NCBI GenBank assembly: GCA_050613775.1
Contig: JBODTK010000001.1
Span: 1,860,001-1,924,000 of the forward strand
Source of the DNA: Neocallimastix sp. 'constans'
Taxonomy: Eukaryota
Direction of reading: 5' to 3'
Length of the DNA: 64,000 bases
The notes under the pieces: model-generated
Told to the model about the DNA's origin: nothing
Databases searched by the model: none
Seen by the model: the letters and a program-made list of their open reading frames with translations, nothing else
Shown here: positions 49,946 through 64,000 of the stretch, piece after piece
How positions within the stretch are numbered: the first letter of the stretch is position 1
How the letters are laid out: each line of letters starts with the position of its first letter
Position numbers and translations under genes: made by a program

Positions 49946-50829
49946 TTTTTATTATTATTATGTCATGTTATTCTGTTATTCTATAATTTTTATTTTGAAT
50001 GAATTGAATAATACATTTCCAACGTATCTATATGCTGAGATCCATAATCAAGTTATTTTATTTTTTTTTTCTAGTTATCATAAAATTTTTTCTTTTTCTT
50101 CTGTAAAACCTGCTTTGTTTGTGCTTTGAAAATGAATTTTAATTTTTGATGCATCAATTATTTCCAATATTAGTGTTTAATTAATGTTAACTCTTTTACT
50201 TATAGCTGCAATTTTGATATCAAATCTTTATAATTGTTAAAATAAAATAATAAACTTAAAGTTAGAATATTATATTACATTATAAATATTATAGTTTTGA
50301 AATTTTTTCAATTTTAAAATTAAACTTTTTGAATTTCAATAATAATTAAATAGAACTTTTGTATCTATTATATATTTCAATGTATATATATATATATTTC
50401 AATATATTTATTCAACGTAATTGAAAGAAATGGGGAAAAAAATCAAAACTATAATATGATTCTTTCTATGTTTTTTTTTTTTTTTATTTTGTTACTATAT
50501 TAATTTATTTTATGAAACAAATCATACTAACTATTTAAATAATAATTCGATCATTAATAATGATTTGGAAAAAAAAAATAGAATAAAATTAAAGTAACTA
50601 AAAAAAAAAAAATGGTATTAATATTTTAAAACAATTTCTTATTTTTATTTTTTTTTTATTTTAAGCCGAAATTATTGAGAACTTTAATTTTATTCATTTA
50701 TTCATTTATATATATATATTTTAAAAAAACATTAAATTATTAAAAATAAAAAATATTATTTGAACATAATAATTTTTTAAATAGTGATGTGAAATAAAAG
50801 TTATATTTAAAATAAACTATATAAATATA

Positions 50830-51800
50830 TTCAGAAAAAAGTTCATATGTAACAAATCTCACTTCCAGATTATGAGATTTCTATTTAAAGGAATTCTTAT
50901 CTTGGAGTAGGGTTTGAATTAAAAACCTGAAAGATATTATAGTCTACTCCTTCAGAGGCATTGGCCATGCTGGCCTGTCTTACAGTATTTTCAGCGTTGA
51001 CCAGCCTGGTTAGTTTGTTATATACTGTCGGAATAGTAGCAATCCATGTTGAATACTAACCCTAGGCATAATTTCTGTAAAGAGAGCAGCAGATCTCACA
51101 AATAATGACGTTTTAGAATAATCACCAGAAGTGATTTGGATATTAAATAAATAAAACCATTCCATTCTTTTTTATAATCTAAATCGTTAATGTCTGCATC
51201 TCTTCTACCAAGAAAAAAGTTATATACTAGATACTACGTCACATATATATTTACACACTCATAATTTGAAAATTACTAATATTAGCACAATTACCACCAT
51301 TTGACCTATTCATTACATTATTAGTCACAATACTATTATTTTCACTATCACTAATATTAATATTCCTATTTTTACTATCAATATTATTACTATTATTAAC
51401 AACACTATTGCTATTGTTATGATTATTATTATTAATATTATACACTTCATTACTACTATCAGAATTGATTCTACATTATTAATATCTACGACAATAGTGT
51501 TTACATTACTATTTATTGTTGGACAATAATTGATAATTACAAATAATTTTTTTGTAAAGAATTTCAATATCTATGAATTATTTCATTCGGAATTCACGGA
51601 AAAGATAGTATTAGAAAACCAATGCTCCAATTGAGGATTACAATTTTCTCTATAACAACAAGGACAACGTTCTGGCAGTCATCTTCAACCAAATTGGAAG
51701 CTTTGGCAATACGAGCATCGGAATTTATATTCACTTCTAGTTTTCTCAAATTATGTAATATATATCTATCATTTTTATTATTATTAAATATAAAACTATC
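50830..51800 (-). mobile_element. Decayed LINE 3' remnant (ORF2 C-terminal zinc-knuckle region, Asn-rich tail, GC-richer 3' UTR)
   Basis: The minus strand, allowing frameshifts, reads DARIAKASNLVEDDC/ERCPCCYRENCNPQLEHWF. This resembles the C-x2-C...H motif at the end of LINE ORF2. It is followed by Asn-rich codons and ~400 bp of complex non-coding sequence. Confidence 0.55.
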
Positions 51801-52382
51801 ATGAAAAAATTCTTATATATTTTTATAAATTTTTAGAATTATAAAATATTACATTAATTTTTTATTAATTAATCTTATAATAAACATTGTAAATATTTTT
51901 AGTGATTTTAGATTTTTCATATATTTTTTATTTTTCAAATTATCCAGTAAATCTTTAATGTATATATAAAACATAAAACCATCTTTTAAATTTTTTATAC
52001 AAATACAGTCCTATCTTTTTTTTTTTTTTTTTTTTTATAAAAAAAAAATTTAAAATTTTATTATATATATAATTTCAAATTATATAAAAAATATAATCTT
52101 ATTATATAACTTGGATTTTAATAAATATTTAAACTTAATAAAAAAGAAGAAATAGTAAAAGTGAAAATTTGCATGAAAGTATAATTAAAAATTCTTTTTG
52201 TTTCGTATAATTCTATTAATATTAAAGTTAAAATTATTTCATTAAGTAAGATTTTGCATAAATCTAAAATATAAATGTAAAGTATAGATTGAATAAAATG
52301 AAATAAAATAAAATAAAATAAAATAAAATAAAATAAAATAAAATAAAATAAAATAAAATAAAATAAAATAAAATAAAATAAT

Positions 52383-53501
52383 ATAAATAGTAGAATATTA
52401 AATATAAAGTACAGATTGAATAAAATAAAATAAATAGTAGAATATTAAATATAAAGTACAGATTGAATAAAATAAAATAAATAGTAGAATATTAAATATA
52501 AAGTACAGATTGAATAAAATAAAATAAATAGTAGAATATTAAATATAAAGTACAGATTGAATAAAATAAAATAAATAGTAGAATATTAAATATAAAGTAC
52601 AGATTGAATAAAATAAAATAAATAGTAGAATATTAAATATAAAGTACAGATTGAATAAAATAAAATAAATAGTAGAATATTAAATATAAAGTACAGATTG
52701 AATAAAATAAAATAAATAGTAGAATATTAAATATAAAGTACAGATTGAATAAAATAAAATAAATAGTAGAATATTAAATATAAAGTACAGATTGAATAAA
52801 ATAAAATAAATAGTAGAATATTAAATATAAAGTACAGATTGAATAAAATAAAATAAATAGTAGAATATTAAATATAAAGTACAGATTGAATAAAATAAAA
52901 TAAATAGTAGAATATTAAATATAAAGTACAGATTGAATAAAATAAAATAAATAGTAGAATATTAAATATAAAGTACAGATTGAATAAAATAAAATAAATA
53001 GTAGAATATTAAATATAAAGTACAGATTGAATAAAATAAAATAAATAGTAGAATATTAAATATAAAGTACAGATTGAATAAAATAAAATAAATAGTAGAA
53101 TATTAAATATAAAGTACAGATTGAATAAAATAAAATAAATAGTAGAATATTAAATATAAAGTACAGATTGAATAAAATAAAATAAATAGTAGAATATTAA
53201 ATATAAAGTACAGATTGAATAAAATAAAATAAATAGTAGAATATTAAATATAAAGTACAGATTGAATAAAATAAAATAAATAGTAGAATATTAAATATAA
53301 AGTACAGATTGAATAAAATAAAATAAATAGTAGAATATTAAATATAAAGTACAGATTGAATAAAATAAAATAAATAGTAGAATATTAAATATAAAGTACA
53401 GATTGAATAAAATAAAATAAATAGTAGAATATTAAATATAAAGTACAGATTGAATAAAATAAAATAAATAGTAGAATATTAAATATAAAGTACAGATTGA
53501 A
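52383..53501. repeat. 47-bp minisatellite, 24 apparently identical copies
   Basis: Unit ataaatagtagaatattaaatataaagtacagattgaataaaataaa; the gtacag anchor recurs from 52409 to 53490 with period 47. A diverged copy with an expanded (TAAAA)n run precedes it at ~52270-52382. Confidence 0.95.
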
Positions 53502-53640
53502 ATTAAATTAATATTCATTGGCTATAACTCAATGATGGCAGATTAATTAACTAAAAGTGTTTCTGGACTCAAGCTTAAACATTTTGCTAATTTCATCATG
53601 GAAATGTTGAAAATACCGATGTTAGGGAAATGTCAAATAT
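53496..53640 (+). mobile_element. Ty1/copia RNase H C-terminal remnant with PPT-like tract and possible LTR start
   Basis: The frame from 53496 reads IEIKLIFIGYNSMMAD*LTKSVSGLKLKHFANFI, matching the copia ADxLTK motif with an in-frame stop. It is followed by AGGGAAA (53624-53630) and TG at 53631. Confidence 0.6.
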
Positions 53641-54021
53641 CGTAATTATGTTTTTAATTACATTGTACATTATACTACTTAATTAATTGTAAAATATTTT
53701 TATTTTATAGTATTATACAATAACTTTAAATGTTACTAATAATGTTAGGCTATTATAGAAATAATTATAAATAACATGTAATGACTTATTGAAAAAAAAA
53801 AAAAAAAAAAATAAAATAAAATAAAATAAATGAATAAGCATATATAATATAAATATCGTTTCTTATTTTAACTGTTATATTTAGCAATTTCTAAACCTGA
53901 TTATAATTGATTATAATTTATTAGAATGTAGAGTATTTCAGAAAAGTGGATTTAGGAAAACGTGGCGTTTAAAATTTTAATGAATTAAAGAATAAATAAA
54001 TAAATAAACAACAATAAATAA

Positions 54022-54179
<158 letters not shown>

Positions 54180-54549
54180 TAAGTAATTATAATAAAAAAT
54201 AAATATAAATGAGTTAATAATCAATAAGATTTTAAATATTTTAAACATTAAACAAAATATTTTCATAACTCTTTATATATTTGGTATATTAAAAAGACTG
54301 AATAATCAATATTTATTTAAAATATAAAACAATTATAAATTGAATAAAGGCAATTGACCATAAAAAATATATAATTATTTTCATAGTAATATTATATCAT
54401 TTGAATCTATAAGAATCAATAAAAAATTTTTTAAAATTGTTATAAATTAATAATTATCATTTATATATAGAAATATTAATAAAAATTATTGTAAATAGTT
54501 ATTTTTAAAATATTCTAAATATTCCAGAAAATTATTATAATTAGTTTTT

Positions 54550-55400
54550 GACACATACTTTTAATTTTTATATAAATATTAAATATATAATCAGGGTTTA
54601 TAACAGATAATCTTGAAATGACTTAATTATAAAAATATTTATATTATTATATTATTATCCAATTCATTATAACACAATTTATTTTTTGTTTTTCTTTTGA
54701 TCTTTTATAATACCAAACACAAATTTAATATTTATATTAGGAAAAGAATTTGTTGCTGCATTAGATATACCTTTTTTAAAATCATAGTATAAATTAATTG
54801 GCAAAATTTCAATATTATTAATAAATTTATTTGCATTATTCATTATTTATTTAAATAATACTTCAAAAGTAGCTATTTTTTAATATAGAAAAAGAGGTAG
54901 TAACATAGTTTCCTATATAGATATTTGATAATTAAGTTTTGGCGCTACAAAAAATAAAAATATCATTATTATAATGTTCGAATTGTTTTGTTCGGAATTG
55001 GGATTGAAAAATTATTAAAAAAAGTTTTTTGAATATTATAAATATTCTATACATAAAACTCATTTCTTTAGAAACTTAATTTAATATAAGTTTAGGTTTT
55101 ATATCCAAAGAAATTGAACTTTTCTTATTTCTTTTTTAATTTTATGTTTTGTTATAGATATAAATACATCAAATTCTTATTCAAGATTATTATATAAACT
55201 TTCAGACTTTAAAATATCATTATTATCATTTAAAATAGTGAAAAATTTACATTTATATAAAGTTTCATATTTAATATCTCTACATGAATTATTCTTTTTT
55301 AGATGAAAAATTGTATTAATATTTTTGTCAATGATATAATTTGATCTTCCTCAGTTGGTTTCACTAATATCAATTGTTATGCTTCTTTCAATTTTTAATT
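54550..55400 (-). mobile_element. Decayed Mutator-like (MULE) transposase
   Basis: Minus-strand fragments with stops: ITIDISETN*GR, YETLYKCKFFTILNDNNDILKSESLYNNLE*EFDVFISITKHKIKKEIRKSSISLDIKPK, and FVAPKLNYQ (resembles the DGTF-x-x-P-x-x-x-YQ region of MULE DDE domains). Homologous to the 37.9 kb fragment. Confidence 0.6.
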
Positions 55401-55459
55401 AAAAATTTTAATTAGATTTTCTATTAAATATATCTAATTATGTATGATTTAAAAGTTTT

Positions 55460-56012
55460 CTTTTTTTTTTTTTATTTTTTTATTTTTTTTATTTTTTAAT
55501 TCCGGAGCATTTTAGCCCCCCTTCAAGATATAGGAATAAAAAGGTAGTCACAACACTTCGGTATACCTTCGCATGGTTTGATATTGTCCTTGCTGGATGG
55601 CCTTACTGAGTTTTCGGTATTGGAGCTCTGACATGCATACTATTGCTGATAATTTTTTTTGTACATTTTTTCTCTAAGTTCCTTTTGTGTAACTTCCCTT
55701 TGAAGTGAGGCCAATATAACCTAACCCAATTTGATACTTTCTAGCTCTCACTTGGCAATTGAATATCAGTCAGAAGGACTACTTTTGTAGAATTTATTTA
55801 AATGAATATGCACCTAATATGATAAGAATTCCCTCTGAATATATTAAATGAAAGTACTTGCACAAACCTCTCGGGTTAACAGTTAGGACAGTGTCTTGTC
55901 CTTATCTGTATTACTTTGGAGATTAAGAATAATATATATAAAAGGAGGAGAAATAGTTACCTGTAACCTACGGACTAACAACCAGGAGAGAACCTGATTC
56001 GATATGCATCAA
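55460..56012 (-). repeat. Longer, diverged member of the GC-rich A-tailed element family (copy D)
   Basis: The reverse complement of 55498-55665 aligns with copies A-C (tgtacaaaaaaaattatcagcaatagtatgcatgtcagag...gaagtgttgtgactac...ttcctatatcttgaagggggg...ccggaatt plus an A-rich tail). GC-richer sequence extends ~350 bp further 5'. Confidence 0.75.
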
Positions 56013-57404
56013 AAATTGTTTTATGAAATTATTTTGTTTTTTAATGTTTAAAAATAAAATATTTATTAAATTAATTTGTAAATTATTAATTAATTATTTA
56101 TTTATTTAAATAAAAAATGTTTATAAAATCGTTTTATATAATTATTTTTATTGATTTATTATTTTATTTAAAGTGTATAAAAAATATTAAAAAACGTGGT
56201 ATTATATTATATTGCAAGCCATTTTCCAAAATACACAATCCCAAATTTATTTATTTACATATTTATTTATTTGAATATAATTATATTAAAAAAATTATGA
56301 ATTTAAATAAAAGCCATATTACGAAATGCAACGAATATAAATAATATTTAATTTAAATATTTTATATTATAAAATATTAATAGTATAAAAATATTTTATA
56401 TAATTTAAAGAAATGAATTTTTTTTTTTTTAAATTTATTTCTAAATAGTAAATATTAAATTGGTGTGGAATTATATATATTTTAAATGTTTAATTAAAAT
56501 ACTAAACTAAATGTTCAGTTATAATATAAAGAAATAAGTTATAGTAATAAATATTTATATATATATTAAAATATATAATAATAAACTTGTAATTAAATTA
56601 TGAATATTAATAAAAATAATATAAATTATTATTAATTTTTTAAAAATATATATATATTAAATTACTATTATGTGATATATATTAAATTAATTACTAATTG
56701 TTGCACAAATAGAATTGTAGTATATAAACTTTTAAATTAATAAATAATAATATATTATATCTTCAATCTTATTCGATAAACTTTAATATATAATATTTTT
56801 AATTTTATATTATTATTTCATAATAATAATTTTTTGTGGTATTAGTTATAAATTATTAAAATTATGGTTATTTTATTAATATATATTTGTTTTATCCTTT
56901 TTTTTTACCTTTATATTATATTATAATTAGTTCAATTATTAGTATTATTTTATATATATATATTTTTTTTCTCTAAAAATATATTTTTTTTTATAATTTT
57001 AAATAATAGTAATAAAAATAAAATAAAAAAAAAGTTTTTTTAAATTAAATAAATAATAATAATAATAAAAAAAAAAAATAATAATAAAAAAAAATTATTA
57101 TTTGAAGTAATTGAATAATGTTAAAAATATATAATAGAATGACGTAAAGTTTTTTAATATATATTGTCTTTAATTTTATTTATATTGTTTCTTTTTTTTC
57201 TTTTTTTTTTTTTTTATTTTTTTTTTCAATTATATTTTTTTTGAAATTTTAATTAAAAATTAAAAAAAAAAAAAATTAAGAAAAATAAATCAAAGTTAAT
57301 ACCTATTTTAAATTATAAATTTAATGAGATTATACATTTAAATAAATAAACACGCATATATTATAATAGTATTTATTTTATTTTATTTAATTTAAATAAA
57401 AATA

Positions 57405-61160
<3,756 letters not shown>

Positions 61161-61344
61161 GGGGAAAACAAAACAATTTAATTCTGAAATAAAAAAAATA
61201 AAATAAAATAAAATAAAATAAAACGCTAATAAAACATAAAATTAAATTAAAAATTAAAAAATTGAATTAATAGATGAAATAATTTAATGATAAATAATTA
61301 AAAAAAAAAAAAAATAAATAAATAAATAAATAAATAAATAAAAC

Positions 61345-61386
<42 letters not shown>

Positions 61387-61905
61387 AAAATAAGGTTTTA
61401 ATAATATAAATAATATAAACATAATAAATATATCAACAATTACAAAAAAAAAAAAATTTTTTTTATCCTTTACAAATAATAATTATGTTTATCAACATTT
61501 AAAAAAAAATAAATATACAAATTATTAATTATTAATATACTATACCATTACATGAAATAGTTAATAGTACAACTAATAACTTTTACAATGTATATTAAAC
61601 AAACAAACAAACAAAAAAAAAATAATAATAATATAATTATTGAAAAAAATGTTATTTTTAATAATTTTAATTTTTTTTTTTAAACTTTTATTAAAATATA
61701 AATAATTTATGAATTTTAGTAATAAAAATTAAGTATTATATAAAGTATTAATTTTTTATTATTTTTTTTCCTTTCGAAACAAAAATAATGGAATTTTTTT
61801 ATTTTATAAATAAAAAAAAAAAATGAAAATTTTTAATTTATGAAGTTTTATTTTTTTTTTAATGACTTTTGAACAATTATTAAAAATGTATATATTTATT
61901 ATTAA

Positions 61906-61972
<67 letters not shown>

Positions 61973-63041
61973 ATAGATAAATAGATAAATAAATAAATAG
62001 ATAACTAAATAAATAAATAAATAGATAGATAAATAAATAAAAATTAAACTTAACTTTTTATATAAATATTGAATAATTATTGAATAATAAATAATAATAG
62101 TGGAAAATGATTGATAATAAGGCTTTTAAATAAATCAAAAATTAATATGGTATGTTACTTTAGCCAATAAGATAGTAATAGTAAATAATGTAATACAATA
62201 ATGCATAATATTATATAATAATAGAATCATAGAAATACAATATTCAATTAAAACATTTATTAAAAATTTTAAATTCTATTTGTATTGGATAAATTTATCT
62301 ATTTTTTTTTTTTTTTTTTTTTAGATCCAGAAACCTTTTGTATGTACTATTTGATTTTTTAAATTATATAAAATTAATAAATTAATAAATTAATAAATTA
62401 ATAAATAAATAATAAATAAATAATAAATAAATAAATAATAAATAAATAAATAAATAAACAAATAAACAAATAATAATTAAAGAATATTTTTATTAAATAT
62501 TTTTATAATATTTAAAATTTCTATGGTAATTATCAAATAATAAATAGTTGTGTTTGACTAATTAAGTTTTACATTATTAGGAATAAAAACATATTAAATT
62601 TTTTCGAAAAAAAAAAAACAAAAAAAAAATTTAATTAAACTAAATAACAAATAATTAATTAATAGTAAAAATAATTACTTCTTTTTCTAGTTAGTATAAT
62701 GGTGGTTGTATTTAATAAAATTTTTTATTTATGTTAAAGATTTAATATTATTAATTATTTTTATCATATCCATATATTATTATTTGACTTTTATATTTCT
62801 TAAGTAAAGATAAAATTTTTAAATTTTTTGTATAACGTATAACCAATAAAAATAAAATATAATTTTATTATAATATTTTACTTTAAATTTTAGTATATTA
62901 CTATTATATTAAATTATAGAAAATGAAATAATATATATCATTTATAATAATTATTACAATTTGAAAAGTTTTGTAATATATTAAAATCGAAAATTTAAAA
63001 AACCTTTTTTGTTCTGTCGCTTTTTTTTTTTTTTTTTTTTC

Positions 63042-63081
<40 letters not shown>

Positions 63082-64000
63082 ATTTATATTTATTAAATAT
63101 ATATAATATAAAAATATAAAATTTAAATATATAATCTATTAATATATTTAAAAGTAAATTGAATTATCATTAAATTTTATAAATAACAATATATATATAT
63201 GTAATTTAATTAACATTTTATATATATTTTTTTATTTACAATTATATAATTATATCATATTTAAATTATATAAATTATTTTTTTGCTTATATATATAATA
63301 ATAAAAGGTATAAAATATACGTAAGATTTTATAAGTAGATTTAATACAAGTTGAATTAGAATATTAAATATTTTATTTCTATATGAGTTCAATACTAATC
63401 TATATATATAATATAATATAATATAATTTAATATTATAATTATAATAATAGTAAATATAAATATTTAGAAATGGAAATATCAAGTGGATCAGATTACACC
63501 CGGTATATATTATTAATGAAAGAAAACTAAATTTTTTATTAAAAACTATAAACGTTTTTTTAGAGAATTGTTAATCAGTTTTAATTTTGTTTTACTGGAA
63601 AATTATATATAATTATATATATGGAAACAAATATAGTTTTATTATAATCAAATATATAAACAAGATAAAAAATAATATTTGTAAATAAACAAGAAAATTA
63701 TATAATCTAATAAAATAATGCAAAATATATAATAATTTAAAATAATATCAAATAAAAATGTTTAATAATCAAATATCAATTCAAATTAAAAGTTATAGTT
63801 TTAAAAATTAAATAATATAATAGTTATTTTAAACTTTATTAATAATTAATTAAATTAAGAAAAGTTAAAATTATATATATAATCAAAAATCAATTGTCAA
63901 AAAAGGAAGATAAACATAAGCCTTGGAGAAAATAAAAAGAATAATAAATATTATTATATTCAACATTTATATCTAAATCTTTAATTGTTAAAAAGTTAAA

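Noticed and set aside
52383..53501. CRISPR-like or telomeric array
   Set aside because: There are no spacers, it is internal, and the 47-bp AT-rich unit is unlike a telomere repeat.

Overview
Extremely AT-rich, intron-containing eukaryotic DNA, most consistent with an anaerobic gut fungus (Neocallimastigomycota; inferred from composition, intron style and gene content). From left to right: (1) the N-terminal part of an uninterrupted LINE ORF with an APE endonuclease, which runs off the left edge and is absent from the ORF track; (2) an intronless homeobox gene followed by a ~27 kb gene desert containing foldbacks and minisatellites; (3) three tandem Bin3/MEPCE RNA methylphosphate capping enzyme copies, of which only the third is complete, each preceded by a ~190 bp GC-rich A-tailed element that has a diverged relative at ~55.5 kb; (4) a multi-exon ATG4 gene; (5) a ~23-exon minus-strand gene, largely invisible in the ORF track, that fuses a bacterial-type solute-binding domain to a class C GPCR-like 7TM region; (6) a cluster of decayed LINE, copia and MULE remnants with a perfect 47-bp x24 array; (7) a 1251-aa low-complexity single-pass membrane protein. 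All gene models and translations were worked out by hand and no database searches were run.
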